Made by a program: the position numbers and the translations under genes. Below the pieces are notes generated by a model. The model did not search any database. It was not told the DNA's origin and saw only the letters and a program-made list of their open reading frames with translations. Positions 26,001 through 57,175 of a DNA stretch of 64,000 bases are shown here, one piece after another. The DNA comes from Paragordius varius. Its lineage: Eukaryota; Animalia; Nematomorpha. How positions within the stretch are numbered: the first letter of the stretch is position 1; every line of letters starts with the position of its first letter. Where the stretch lies: assembly GCA_964247055.1 (NCBI GenBank), contig OZ176054.1, positions 6,200,001 to 6,264,000 of the forward strand, in the 5' to 3' direction.

Positions 26001-29000
26001 AAACAAAAATATGTTGTAAATCGTATTGGTGGGTAATTTATAAGGGCATTCTATTGTTAATTACGCCCATTGAAAAACACTTACATCCATAAATAATTTC
26101 CATATGAGAAAAAAAATTAAATAAAAATATTTTTTGGGCATTTTTTAAAATGACAATCACCAACTTTGATGTTTTGCGATTTATCTTCTTTATGGTGGAA
26201 ATAGCGGTACGCATGTAATTCAAAAAATATAAAAAACGCATTATTATAAATTAATGACATAATTGATATTAAAATATTTTTAGGAAATCAAGTCACCATT
26301 TCATCAGAAGTTTATTTGAAATTGGGTAGATGATAAAAAGCCATTAATTATGATGTTTGTATTTAGAATAATATAATTTGAAATTCCTAATGGAATAATG
26401 AGGAGTTTTATATTTAATTTTTTGGAACTTGGTTTTTTTTTGCGAAATGCATTAAATTTTCCAGGAGGATGGGGCTAACCACAGGGGATAATTAAAAATA
26501 AGTGGCAAAATTAATAAGAAATATCCATTTAATTGGGTCTACATACAGGAAGACTTATTTTAAATACACGTTTTTTGGGAAATTGATTGCATGCATCCCT
26601 ATGATATAAATTAATAATCAATTTATTAAAATGAATAAAGGCAAAAATGCCGACGTTACGCGATTTAGATTATCACGTCAAAAAAGGATTTAAAATGTAT
26701 GCTTTGCTTGCAATTTTTTTTTGTTGAAGCTTTTATGATATTTAAAAATAGAAAAAACGGTACATTAACAAAATTAAGATATTTTAAACATTTTTTTGAT
26801 TGATGCTGAATATTTCTATCATCAGAATTGTTAAAAAGATTTGTCTTTTAAGATTAAATATTAATTAACAAAAAAACTTAAATATAAAGATGAATAAATA
26901 TTTTAAAATTTTGAGGTGATTATTTATATAAAACGAGCTCATTGTACAACCAAATATTTGAGACTTTCTGGTCCATACATAAAATTTAATATTCAAATAT
27001 TGCTTTTTAAATGGTTTATAATATATTTTCATTTTTTTGGAATGAAGTATTTAGCTGTTACCATTAAACTATTTATCATAATGGCTGATTATTTGATATG
27101 GAGCAATTAGCGCAAAAGTGTCGATATTTTTCTTGAATATCTCTTAAAGCCCAAAAAACACGATTTATTCTTTCATAGAGTAAAAATTGTTGTTGCAATT
27201 TTCGTTATAAGTAAATGACATATTTCACTACCTTCCTTTAAATTAATATAAAATAATCTTGATAATTGAAACAGGTCGTCTTTATAAGCGCAACCTATAA
27301 AATTGGTAAAATTAGTTTTATAAGGACTAAAGTTATTTTAAATGGTAAAACGTATTTTCTACGAATGAACTACTAAAACGAATGCCGAAAACCATGTTAT
27401 AAATTTATTTAGGGTAGAACGGGATATAAACCTAATATTTAATGGCAAGGAAATATCATGTCAATAATTTACTTTGCCTTTTTTATTTTTTTTTTCGCAA
27501 TATTATAAATGGCTACTAATAAAATCTTGAATAAAAGTAATCATAATACTAGTCATCAAATTTTGACTTTTTTAACTGCCATTCTTATAAATTTAAAATT
27601 TATTTCATCAAAGTACATAAATAGTGCATGTGATAAAATTAGTTTAACACCTATAGTTAGGGTTTACCGAAAATTTTGGGTCAGATCTAACATACTCGAA
27701 ATCAATTAACAGTTTTAGATATAGAGCCATGTATATATATCATTCGAAAGAGCGCCAAAAACTATCTTTCGAATCGTAGTTAGTCATTTTAAACAATCTG
27801 ATGTAAAAGTTATTTGGGTTTATATGGTTAAATTTTTCAACCCTTAAATCAGTCAAAAAACTTTACCTACAAACTAATTTAAAAATCATATAAATCATTT
27901 TAATATAATAAGGGTTACACTAATATAAAATTTAAAAAAATCTTTGAAAAAGCTTTTGGCTTACTTTTTAATAAAAATTAATATTATCAAAATTATTTTA
28001 CATAGTGGATATAAAATGTATAGTTATAACGGTAAATTTATTACATTATGGTTATTAAAGATCAAGAATACCTTAACCTATACTTTTAGTGTTTAATATT
28101 ATAAAATTATAAGCTTATTAAATAAAATTAATTAATATTTATGAAATGGTTATTTTTTAAAAAACAAAAAAATTAAAAATGGCTCTTTTGAATGACATTG
28201 TTTTAATCAAAAAATTCTTGTGTTATCTTTTATTGCCATTCATTGCCATTTACACAAAGTTTGAGCTATTTTCACCTATTGGTTATAAAAATATTATATT
28301 TAGAAAAACGCTCGCGCTTTGCGCGTTTGTCCCTCCCTATGCCCAATATTAACTATCGATGTAAAACATAATATGTGTTTTTAGAGTTTTCTTTATTTCG
28401 AATGAGATATTACAAATGGGCATTTGTTGTATACTTTCAAAAAAAAACATTTTTTAGTAAAATTTTGAAATTAAATAAAATTCTTTGGTATTATAATTTT
28501 TATTTCATATTAACTAAAATGATAGTATATCCGAAATAAAAAACTCGAGTGGCAGAAAAAATTGTTGTCCACTGTAATGTATTTATTACACAGTGTGCAA
28601 AAAAGAGGGTTAATATTTTTAACAAAATTTTTTTTTCATGAGATACCTAATGACCAGCGAATTCATTGCAGTAAAAATATTTGTTTCTATTTTTTAAATT
28701 TGATAATCGAAATCGGACAAAAAGTGAAAATTATAGATGATTAAGGATAATTCAAAAAATAATGAAGACGAGATATTTTGGTTTATTATCATTATAGGAG
28801 ATATTTTCAATATATAAATACTCTAAAATCATATAATTAGGATTTCTATAAAATCTCAGTTCAAAAAATAGCGTATTTCTATAACACACTCAAAAGACAA
28901 AAATTTTTTTATGAAACTATATCAAAATAATTTTTTATTTACTAGACTATTAAAATCTTAACATTCATATTATATTGAGTAAAAAAAACTTATATATCAA

Positions 29001-30789
29001 AATAAAACCAAAAAATATTGTTTTTTATTTTTTCATTTTTTTATCTGGTTTATGAGTGTATAAAAAATTTATACTGTTTTATTTTGGAATTTTACATGAA
29101 AATTAATGTTTTAACTGAAATCTGTACGGATTTTTGGTTAATTTTTCACTTGTAAATTTAATTTTGAATTAGTTAATATATTTTATCATTCCCTCTCATA
29201 TGAAATTTTAAATAAAACAGTATACCCATTTAAACCAGATGACAAAAAATTAAAAAATAAAACAATATTTGTTGGTTTTATTTTGATAGATAAGTTTTTT
29301 ACAATATGAATGTTAAGATTTTAATAATGAGTTTAGTTGGTAAATAATTTAAAAAAAGTTTTATAAAAAACATTTGGCCTTTTAAGTTTTTTAAAAAACG
29401 CATCTTTTGTGAGATTCTATCGAAACCTTAACTATATGATTTTAGGCTAATATATTGAATATATCTCCTAAAATTTTAATAAACCATAATATCTCAACAT
29501 AATCATTATATTTTAATTAACCTATATTATCTTTAATTTTCACTTTTTGCCCGATTTCGATTTTCTCTTAATATTTCAAAAACTAGGTCGTTAACAATTT
29601 TAAATATTTACGGCAAATGAATACGAGGGTCATAAGCTATCTCACGAAAAAAATTATTTTGTAAAAAATTTTTTTGCACACAGTGTACACAATTTTTCTA
29701 GTCTATAGAGAATTTGAAACAGTTTTCAAAAATAAGAAATTTTATTTTCATTATATAATAAAATATGATACACTATGTGTTTACGATGGCCAATTCATAT
29801 CATTATCTGCCAATTGGTAATACGGTAGCGTATGAAAATAAACAAAAATTGTCCATAATAAAATAAACAAATTTAAGTTATAACAGTGGTACTCCCAAAA
29901 AATATTAATAGGACCAATAAAGTATTTTTCTTACCTTATGGGCCATTCACAATATAATACAGACAAATATTGCATAGCTATTTGGTACATATGCAGTTCA
30001 AAACAGTGGTTTATTTACGATTAAGCTCTAGGATTAAAACTACCCAATATGTCATCGCGGACAAAAGAGAAAGTCATGAAGTGTTAAAATCAATGAGAGC
30101 TTTTCAAATAAAGGGTCGATTTTATATAGTATTTTTGTTAATAAATAAAAGCTAACACCTCCTAATTTGTTTAAAAAATCTGTCCAACTGCCCACTAATG
30201 CTCTACAATTTAGTCTATTTTATTTGAATAATTAGAAAAAAATTAAATGCTGAATCAGATGAAATTATTTAATTTTATCATTTACTTTAAAATGATGAGA
30301 TTTTTATTATTTTGATATTTCCAATTAATTGGAACTTTTAAACTGGTCACAATCAAGGTTATATATATACATTCAAAATCAGTCAGACCCAATACTACAT
30401 ATAAAGATTTGGCAGATATTTTATAATTATTGGTTTTTGCATTGTGTAAAGGTAACTCAAAATCTAACGATACACGTTATATATTTTTGCGCCTTGCATC
30501 TGTCTTTTTTTCAATTTCTAAATATTTTTCGTTCGTTTTTACGTTTCAGATGATATCGCTTGCATTGGTTTTTTTATATTACGAAATTTCATTCATCGGA
30601 TTTTAAAAACCACACATCATTAAGTGTTTTCTCTAGCATAGTATGGATGGATGGCAAATAGGATTGAATTTCATTTTTTTGTTTTAATCAACATTTATTA
30701 TGAATATTAAGATAAAAATAATCAAAAATTTGTAGAAATATATATGTATGTTAACTATTTCACCGGATAAATATTGAGAGCAAAATGAT

Positions 30790-30820
<31 letters not shown>

Positions 30821-31867
30821 CAAAACTAAGCTAGCTAGCTATATATTATTTTTATTCACAATATATAATAATTGATCGAAAAAATATTTTATCATTTTTT
30901 ACATTGTATTGTAATCTATATATAAATTTTTTTTCGCGCTTGTGTGAAAATTACGGGTTAATACATTAAATATGGTTTCCGATCTAATTCTACCATTATT
31001 ATTCGTATTTTAACAAAAGGGTCAAACTATAGTGGGAGCCCCTGACGAAATTATTGATTTGGGCGAAACGCAAATCGATTTTGAATTATTTAACGAATAT
31101 CTCAACACACTTAAACAAACGAATTTTAGGTAGTAACTTTTTTCAGTTAATATGATTTGTAATGTGTATTTAATATCTATTTTCATTGAAATTTAATGTA
31201 CTATAATAAAATGCATTTTAAGCCAATTCATAAACTTATAAGCTTAAATCTCAATTACCAAACGAAATAATTCGATCCAGCCAAATTTTGAATTCGAAAA
31301 ATTGAGATAATCTTTTTTAATTTTATGGCCATCACAATTTTACAATTACTGTTATAAATAAATGTTTTTAGAGGTCCTGAATATCACCTTTTCAGATACA
31401 ATTGCAACACATTTACAAATGAGCTTGCTCAATTTTTGACTGGAAACACCATACCTACCTATATTACAGATCTTCCAAATCAAGTTTTAGCTAGGTGTGT
31501 TTATTTATTTTATTACTTTTTTCTAATTATCAACATTCAAAGGTGTGTAAAGTGATATATCAAACAAAATTAATTATTTTTTAAAATTTCCAAATGAAAT
31601 AGCCCATTCGGTCCAGTGTTACAAAATTATCTTGAAACGTTTGAAGACGCATTACAAATCGCACAACCATTCGAAGATATTCAGTCTTGTCAATCATTAC
31701 TATCTTCATCGGTGACACATAGCACAGTTTCAACGACACAAACTAATATAATTGCTAGAAATATACCGATAATTCATAATAATTCTCATACTCAATCAAA
31801 TGAACATACGCAAAATGATTTTCCTAAATCAGATACGAATAAAGAGTCATCTAAAGACAGACAATAA
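23034..31867 (+). CDS. DESI1: Desumoylating isopeptidase 1-like (PPPDE peptidase); exons 23034-23109, 23133-23224, 31020-31129, 31372-~31494, 31603-31867
   Basis: Spliced translation: [111 protein letters not shown]. The catalytic His (WHTS) and Cys (NCN) are present and the sequence is collinear with DESI1. Confidence 0.9.
23446..25385. mobile_element. ~1.03-kb non-autonomous CACTA/CMC-like element (copy 1), interrupted by a hAT MITE
   Basis: Ends CACTAGACAAC / GTTGTCTAGTT flanked by TAA on both sides. After removing 23821-24723 it aligns along its length with 27547-28574. Confidence 0.7.
23821..24723. mobile_element. Non-autonomous hAT MITE with GAACCG-rich subterminal repeats
   Basis: TIR CAGGGCTTGGAACCGG / CCGGTTCCAAGCCCTG. 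8-bp flanks ATATAATT and ATATAGTT (one mismatch). Many GAACCG/CGGTTC motifs at both ends. Confidence 0.88.
27547..28574. mobile_element. ~1.03-kb CACTA/CMC-like element (copy 2)
   Basis: Collinear similarity with 23446-25385 (e.g. TTTTGACTTTTTTAACTGCCATTCTT and CCTATGCCCAATATTAACTATC), degenerate TIRs, TAA flanks. Confidence 0.65.
28589..29685. mobile_element. 1.1-kb foldback element with ~500-bp inverted arms and CACAGTG termini
   Basis: The left end CACAGTGTGCAAAAA pairs with the right end TTTTTGCACACAGTG (one mismatch). Arms ~28589-29100 and ~29190-29685 are imperfect reverse complements. TA flanks both ends. Confidence 0.8.
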
Positions 31868-32025
31868 TAAATAATTGTGAATTATAATTTTGTGAATCAT
31901 ACTCTCCTATATTAAAACTACCTACATTCTATTCATACGTCTTCCAACAAATAATATATTTATTTAGCAAATTAACAATATTTATATAATAAATTTCCTA
32001 TCTTCCAAAACAAAATACAAAAATA

Positions 32026-35000
32026 ATGGCATCTGCCGGTTCTGCGTCTCCGACCACGGGGACGAAAAAAATTCCAAAATCTTCCGACAACAAAATTGAG
32101 GATTTACCAACTATCGAAAGTTTTGAGGATCCCAATAAACCGGATTTATTCGTAAACGTTGAGGTAAAGTTATTATATGAATTTATGGAAAAAAATTATT
32201 TTACTTGAAATTTTTTATGTTATATTTCAATTAAATCGAATATATAATATATCATATATTTAAAATATTTTAGGCCACAGTTCTTTACAATAAAATGAAA
32301 GAAAAAATGCAATCCAAAATCAGTGCAGAGGAATTGAAATTATTGGATGAATGTCACACCTACATAATAACCGAGGATCCCTTATGGTGCATCAATGATA
32401 ATCATGCCCAATTTTTATGTGAGTTGAAAAATGTTTTTAACTAAAAAAATATTTCAAAAACATTTTTTTCGAATTTTCGGTACTATTCTTCAAGTAATGA
32501 TATAATAATTACTCTTTTTACGCAATTTTGTGGTCGGATTTTAATTTTATTGATTATCTTATTTTAATTACATGTAATATCTCTATTTTGCTTTATAAAT
32601 GACATCAAACCATATATATATATACCATTTACACTTCAAATTCACCCTCGAACAATTCATATTCACCCTAAAATAATTTAGTGTTTTTTAAGGATTAAAA
32701 ATTATTTCTTTTTTTATCTTTTTAAAACATGAAATTTTGTTTAAAATTAAAATAATAAACTATCCCATAAATATATATTTTATTTAAATGATCAGGTGTA
32801 TTAGCCCGAAAACACTCAATTTATTTTTACAATGAATTTGAATTCTTTAAGGGTAATTTAAATAGTAAATGGTATTTATATCATTTAGTCAAAATCCTTC
32901 ATGATACCAGTGGAACGTTTACAAAGGAGGATAAATTACTGGTTCTACAAATGCTTCAGTTGCTTGTCCTTAGTTTTGATTATATACTGGTGGTTAAGCA
33001 TGAAAGTACACACGGGTTAATGTCTTACATACAAAAATTTGAAACGTTGAGTCCAGAAGAAAAAGTGGCTATCCTTATACTAGTAAATTTTATAGTTTTC
33101 CATACTTTTATAAATCCAGAATTTAAAAATATATATGACAATAAACACCCATGTTATTGGTTATAGCTCTTTGTTTTAAAATGCAAATTATAAAATAGAG
33201 ATTGGTAAATAATCAAATAAGTATTTTACCATTGTTATTATATCATTTTTATAAGATAAATTATGGTTTAAAAAGTATGGTTGTCTTATGAAAAAAATAT
33301 GTTTTTATATTTTTACGTTTTGTCCATATTAATTTAATTTTAATTGTATTTTAAGCAAGTAAAAACGAAAAAAAATTCATACTTGCTCACACAAAACCCG
33401 TATAACCAATATTTATTAAGTTGTTTAGTGTAAATTTAAAGGTTTCTTTCATCAAATAAAAAATATTAATATTTATCCAACAATCATCGACTTCATAAAA
33501 ACATAATTAGCTTTACGCGGATTTTCGATACTAAATATTTTAATTTTTAAATTAAATATTGTCCGATTTTAGCTAAGCGTATTTAACAAATTAATACATA
33601 TAAATAAGCGCTCATAAATATATTTGAATATGCTGTATTTTTAAATATTTTTTGGATAAGTATAGAAACGACTCTTTTAAGAATAAAATACCGGTTTTAT
33701 TTATTATCAATAATGGTATTTATTTATCAAACAGTTTCCTAAATCTAAAGAATGAGCTCGCACCTTTAAATTTTTATTTTATGTAATATTATTAGTTATG
33801 TAACTGTTGTTACACCAAAACGGGCTTTTATTACCTAACTTCCATGAGTGAATGGCCAGAAAATCATCCTGTTACCTATAACAATGGAACAATTGTCTCT
33901 AAAATCGTTAGCGATTGTTTAACCAACAAAGAGAAAAATTTGACACTCTATGATTTAGCTTGCAATTTGGTTTGGCATTTAGCAGCTCATAAAGTAATAT
34001 ATATTTATATAATATTTGAAAATTAAAGGCGTAAAACATGAAATTATCAAGGTCCATTTTTATATAAATTTTTTATATAATTATCAATAATTAAAACTTT
34101 TAGAGAATTTGCCAAAACGATAGACCTTTATAATTTTTATTTACCATTTTATAAAATAACCATTTTTTTCAAATTTTGCACCTAAAAAAGCATATTTATC
34201 TATTAAGATTCCGGAAGAAATGGCAATGGATATTTCCATTTCATTACTTCAGGCTGTTAAGACGGAGAAAGACGAAAAAATACGTAAGTATTAAGTTTAA
34301 TAACGTCTTAAAACCATTATGATATTACTAATTTATTTTTTTAAATAAATTATTTTCAGGAATTATCATTAGCCGATTATGTTTTAAAAAATTATGATGT
34401 ATTTTTTGACTGTTAGTTTATTTATCTGCTGCTTTATATAAATTAAAGTTATTTAAAGCATAGTAATATAGGAGGGATAAAGTAGTCATGTTTGGAACTC
34501 AATTTTGAATTCGAAAGCCTATTTTATCCTACCTTATTATATTTTCTTTTATAATACGTTTATTTATAATGCGGTTTATGTATTTTTAAACAAATATTAT
34601 TTTCAATTAAATCGGTCATATATTATACCCCTTTATTTTTATATTAACATTCTTTTTTTAGTGTATGCTTGTTTGGTTGCCCTCAACAGTTTTTTGAGCA
34701 TCACACCGGAGGTAATTATATTAAATTTATCTTAAAATCGTTAATGCGCACCCCTGAAGCTATTAATGCATATCAAAAAATGGTTACACATATTAGTTTG
34801 AGTTTTTGTTCCTTTAGTTGAATTGTGAAATTCAGATTGGAAACCATTGATTTTTTTTAATTTTTTATAAAATGTTAATATCTTTATTATTTTATTGTTT
34901 TCTAGATTCGAAGTAGTAAAAAGTATTTTTCAGAGAATAGTTGCACACATAATAATGGCTATATATTTACGTTCAATTCAAATAATTTGGTTATCTTCCA

Positions 35001-35354
35001 ATTTTTCTGTATGCAACTAAAATTAGACCATTTGATTAAAAAAATGGTTCCTAAAAGGTTTTTTTAGAAGTATTTTTTTAATTAACAACCGTTTTTTAAA
35101 AATGTGGATCGGCTTAAAGCGCATGGAACTACAACCAAAAATTGTTATTGCTTACATCCATTTTTGAAAGCGAAAAATAAAAAAAATAATTCTAAATCTT
35201 TAACATTTTTGGGCAGATTCAAACTCTTTGCCAAGTGATGGAATTAAAGATGGATGAATACAAGGGAGCTTCGGAGCGTGTTGACGATATGATCGCGGAA
35301 ATAAAACTTAAACTTGATCGAAAATTACCGGTTCCTGGAACATCTACCACATAA
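32026..35354 (+). CDS. PUL/ARM-like domain protein (resembles the C-terminal part of invertebrate long DESI1 proteins); exons 32026-32163, 32274-32418, 32889-~33082, ~33797-33993, 34208-34283, ~34660-34711, ~35217-35354
   Basis: The phase-consistent GT-AG chain gives ..NKMKEKMQSKISAEELKLLDECHTYIITEDPLWCINDN..LQLLVLSFDYILVVKHESTHGLMSY..LCNCC..YLTSMSEWP..LACNLVWHLAAHK IPEEMAMDISISLLQ..LYACLVALNSF..YKGASERVDDMI..*. From memory this resembles the helical C-terminal domain fused to PPPDE in insect DESI1-like proteins. Confidence 0.7.
32621..32875. mobile_element. Same ~280-bp MITE family, intron of the PUL-like gene
   Basis: TIR ATACCATTTAC / GTAAATGGTAT, internal TTAGCCCGAAAA motif shared in reverse orientation with the other copies. 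Confidence 0.7.
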
Positions 35355-36189
35355 AATGCAAATATTTTTATATATAAATATTTTCCCTTAAAAATATTAT
35401 TTCTAAATAGATACAATATTAATTAAAAAAAATAACAATCGAACCCTTAAAGCTTATGAGCAATGTTACATAATTTATGCAATGTCTTGAAATAAATGAA
35501 ACTAAATCGCCATATATGAGTTATAAAAATCCATGGCACATAATCTATACTTTTAAGTATTAATATCAGAAATTCAATAAATCGATATATTAAAAAATTA
35601 ATAAATTATTAATTTATCGATTTAAAAAGAATTAAGGCACAAAAAATGGTTTTACTCCACTATAATCGATAAATTCAATAAAATTATTATTGGATATCGA
35701 TATATAATACATAATAATCTTATATTCGATCATTATATTGATTATATAGATTCAGGTACTTAAACGCACTGTTTTTGGGATAAGATAAATCAATACAAAC
35801 ATATTATAGGCGTAATTTAAAATGTAGCACAAAATAAATTTTGGCCATATAATTTTTCAATATCAAAAAGAGGAAGAAATAAAAGCAATATATTGATTTC
35901 CATTAAAATTTAGGCGTTAAATAGATAGTAAATTATTAAAATTTGTCAAAAACAATGATACTTTTATGATAAGAAGTACCATTATTAGACTTTGAAAGAA
36001 AAAAACTATAATGTTTATTTTTATTTGGTCAAAATTTAAATCAATTTTTTACTATGGACATCTGCCTACAAATTTCCAATCGATCGATATTATTATTGAT
36101 TTGCAACCAACTGATCAATAACCTAAAAATTATATTGTTTTCCACATTATAGAGTCCTGTGCTTGAAAAAGGACAATGATGGATTACCT

Positions 36190-36360
36190 TAGTTTAGATA
36201 ACTCTGGTGCAGTTGAGACAGTTTGACCATAGCGTTCGGTTGTTAGATATGTGTGCGAGTTTATGGATTGAATGTGCTAGCTGTATTTTTTTAAATCTGA
36301 TTTAAGTATTGTAACTTAGGCCTTCCACGTTTCCTAGCCCCTTCTACTAGTTAAAACAAC
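36190..36360 (-). mobile_element. RTE-like LINE 3' fragment
   Basis: The minus strand reads LVEGARKRGRPKLQY..ISNNRTLW, typical of the RTE ORF C-terminus (G.R.RGRP...DR..W). Confidence 0.5.
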
Positions 36361-37397
36361 TTTATAATTAATAAAGTTTATTAAAATAAGGCGCCAACAT
36401 AACCTTAATATATAATTTCATTATTATCACTAAAAATATTAAATTAGCCTAAGATGTGATAAACCTAAAAATTGGTTTTATACAACCCCTATTTTATGAG
36501 TTTTTTGAAAATTATCGCTCATGAACTTATGGATTTATGCTAATATTAAGGATACCTTCCCACGCAAACTTACTACTAGTTTGTGGGTGAAAACCCTTCA
36601 TAAAAAATGAGTAAAAAATATTCATTTAATTTTTAATATTTGTAGAATGATATCTATAATAATATTTAATTGTAATTCAATAAAAAATTATTTTTTAAAA
36701 AATCCATGAAACAATTTTTTTATCGATATTAATGTAAAATATATTATAATATAAAATTACCTTTTTAGTGTTATTTAAACAACGCGATTTTCCGAAAAAA
36801 ATTGTAAAATATAAATGACGTCCAATTAGTTGGATTTGGACTTTTTCTCAAAACTAAATTATATTTATAGATCTTGGTTAATTTTATTTTAATGAAGATA
36901 GGTCAGTCGCTTTATGAGTTTTTTTAATAATATCATTTTAAACCAATTTGGAGCAAACTGTTATATTATATTTTATAGCAAGTGTTATAGCCATATACAA
37001 AAAATTTTGACTTGTTTTTATAAGCGACAGTCAGAGCAATAACCTTTCTAATCTACCCCTATAATCATATCAAATTTAATTGTAACTCGAAATTAGATTT
37101 AATTAATTTTCGCAGCGTTGAAGTTGATTTTTGTTTGGTTTTAAAACTTTATTAAGGTTAAACAATAAATATTCATTTACAGCGTATATAATATTAAAAA
37201 AGCCTAAATACCGCATTATTATTATAATAGATATTATCAAAAATTTATTTTTTTGTGATATAATAGGTATACGAAATTTGTATCGGGTATATTGCATGCT
37301 GTATATATTTGGATGTAACATCAACATTATTGATACTAAAATTGATTGATACAAAATAATGTAACGTTTCTATAAATATGTGTGATTATAAATTTCG

Positions 37398-54716
<17,319 letters not shown>

Positions 54717-54958
54717 ATGGTGCTTCTTCAAAGCGTGAAACCGTCTAACTAAGAATACTCGCAAAAGATGTTTAAAAATAATTATTTCAATAAAATATTT
54801 TAAATATGAGATATAATTGCGTAATTTACAAATGCATTAAAGTTAATTAACAGGTAGTCATGTTCTAATTTTTTAACACCCCCCATCCTTGGGAAAGGTT
54901 ATATTATATAATCCATTATTTATATTTGGTTTTAAAGGGTTTAGCAAAGGTTATTTAG

Positions 54959-55442
54959 CACTTCGATATTAGGGTATCGACAATGTGTAAGTTGATATTT
55001 TTAAAAAAACTATTGAGGGAAACGGTTCCAATTTAAATTGATGCTTTTAACCTAATAAAAATTATATGATGCCATTTTAGTTTTAAAACATTTTTACAAA
55101 ATATCGTGTTTATTTAATTCTAAGCCTTAAATCTAAGTTTACTTTTAATCACATTTAAGATTGATATAAACAAAATAGTGGTTTATTTTACATTAGTTTT
55201 ATATTTAGCTTATGCACACAAGTCAGGTTAGCTCAATTTTACATTTGACTTTAACCTCTGAATAAGTATTATCAAGTATTTTCAAATCATTTTTTTATTA
55301 TTAATCGGTGCATTAATGGTATATAAATGCAAACTTTGCTATGGTTACAATTTCCATATTGTTAAAAATATTTAATTTTAGCCTGGGGTATTTATCTACC
55401 TCAATTTGAATTCAACTGTAATGGAGCTGTTTTATCTAAGTG
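54959..55442. mobile_element. ~490-bp TTAA-type MITE, same family as 22523-23017, upstream of AFG3L2
   Basis: TTAG|CACTTCGAT...TCTAAGTG|TTAA. The interior AACGGTTCCAATTTAAATTGATGCTTTTAACCTAATAAAA matches ~22597-22640. A third partial copy ends at 58247|TTAA. Confidence 0.6.
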
Positions 55443-55823
55443 TTAACCTGCAACCTTTGTAGTTAAGGTTATAATATAGCAAGTTTATATTTTATATAAA
55501 AAAATAATAATTTCAATATTTTCAAATTCTCTTTCAAGTTGATTTTCTCACTGTATTTATGATACTTAAATTACATTATTGCAAATGTTCATCTATGGGA
55601 TCCACAGAGTTTACGAAAATTCAAAAGCGTAATTTTATATTTCTATTCTATAATCACACTCCATGAAATTGAAAGGATGAAAATCCCGATTAAATTATTT
55701 ATTCTAATTGATAAATGCATCAGTATCCTCATTGTATGAATCTTTCTGAAAATTATTTGCACATTTTTGGTAATTCTTCCACGAAAAATCGTATAGAATA
55801 AAATTTGGAAAGTTAAATACATC

Positions 55824-57175
55824 CAGTGGCGTACCGAGCATTTGCGGCGCCCGGGGCATAAAACTTTTATGGCGCCCCCTCCCCCCTTTTTTTTAAAAGC
55901 CAATAATACAATTTAGTAAAAAAAATACAAACGTTGTAACCTAAACACCATAGATAAGACAGCACTATAAATCTTAAATTTATATATATATCTATAGGGC
56001 TTCTTAAACTATGGGTCGCGACCCCATTTGGGGTCGCGTAGCAAAATTATGGGGTTGCGAGTGATAAAATTAAAATTTAACAAAAATGATTTTTAACTTT
56101 TAAAATCTATATGTTTATAAAAATGGAAAATGCGGCTTTGCATGTTTCTGGAAAACTGGTAGACCCATTCATATCCAAATGTCGAAAAAATATAATCATT
56201 AATGAATGCCCCGACAATAGCTTCGTCTTTTTTTTGAATTAGGCCCCCAGTTCGGGCCCACCCCGTGTAAAAAACGGTTTTTTTTGAAAACAGAAGTCCA
56301 CAAAAATCGTGTCTTTGAGATAATCTTCCGGAGAACGTGGAAACATATACTCATTTTCGATTGCGCCGAACATGGTCGTCTCGCTTTTTTAATTTAGGCC
56401 CTATATTTACCCGCTCCCCCCATAAAACGCCATTTTTTTTCAAAAAACAAAGTCTATAAAAATAATTTTTTAAAACTATTTTTCGCCCTAGGTGTGGGAC
56501 CGTTTGGCCCAAGTAAACAATATATTAGTATGAATGCACCGTTTTAAAATTTTATGAGATCCTAGCTATTAAATAATGTTTCGAAATGCTTTTTTCAAAT
56601 AGCGCCCCCCCCCACCCGGAAGTTCGAAGGACTTCCTCGGGCTGCTTAGCAGCCCGAGATTTTCGCTAGTTATATATAAAAACAATGTTTTTATTGCATA
56701 TATTGAATTGATCTTATGATAATGGCTAACAATAATGATTTAAAAAATAATTGTAGATCTAGGAGATTTTTGCAATACATAAACAGATTTATAATGCATT
56801 TTATTTAATAAAATATTAATTATATGAAGATTTTACTTGGAAAGGAAAAAAGCAACTAAGAGAAAATATATCTTTTATGTAAAAATTTTTCTGGCTTTTG
56901 ATATTGCAAAATTATCAATTATATTATTAAAATCTATCATATTTTTCTTTTCCACCCTCAAAAATGTAAGTCATTCTGTTTTATGGTACTAATTAGGTGA
57001 ATAATATAGGGTATATATTTTAGGGATTATTACCTAATTGCTGAAAAATCTCATTTGAAAGTTCTTATTATTTTTGCATAACTAAAATTTAATTTTAAAA
57101 AATCATTTAGGCGCCCCTAAATAACGGCGCCCGGGGCATGATGCACCCCCTTGCCCCCCCTTCGGTACGCCCCTG
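55824..57175. mobile_element. Non-autonomous hAT-type element containing nested insertions
   Basis: TIR CAGTGGCGTACC / GGTACGCCCCTG, perfect 8-bp TSD AATACATC (55816-55823 and 57176-57183), subterminal GGCGCCC repeats. Confidence 0.9.
56106..56669 (+). mobile_element. Non-autonomous Helitron
   Basis: Starts A|TCTATAT. Ends with a 10-bp GC hairpin CTCGGGCTGC-TTA-GCAGCCCGAG (56636-56658), then 7 nt, then CTAG|T. No TSD. A second matching 5' end is at 61955. Confidence 0.8.

Noticed and set aside
28589-28620. RAG/Transib recombination signal
   Set aside because: Only the heptamer matches; there is no nonamer at 12/23 spacing, no 5-bp TSD and no transposase.
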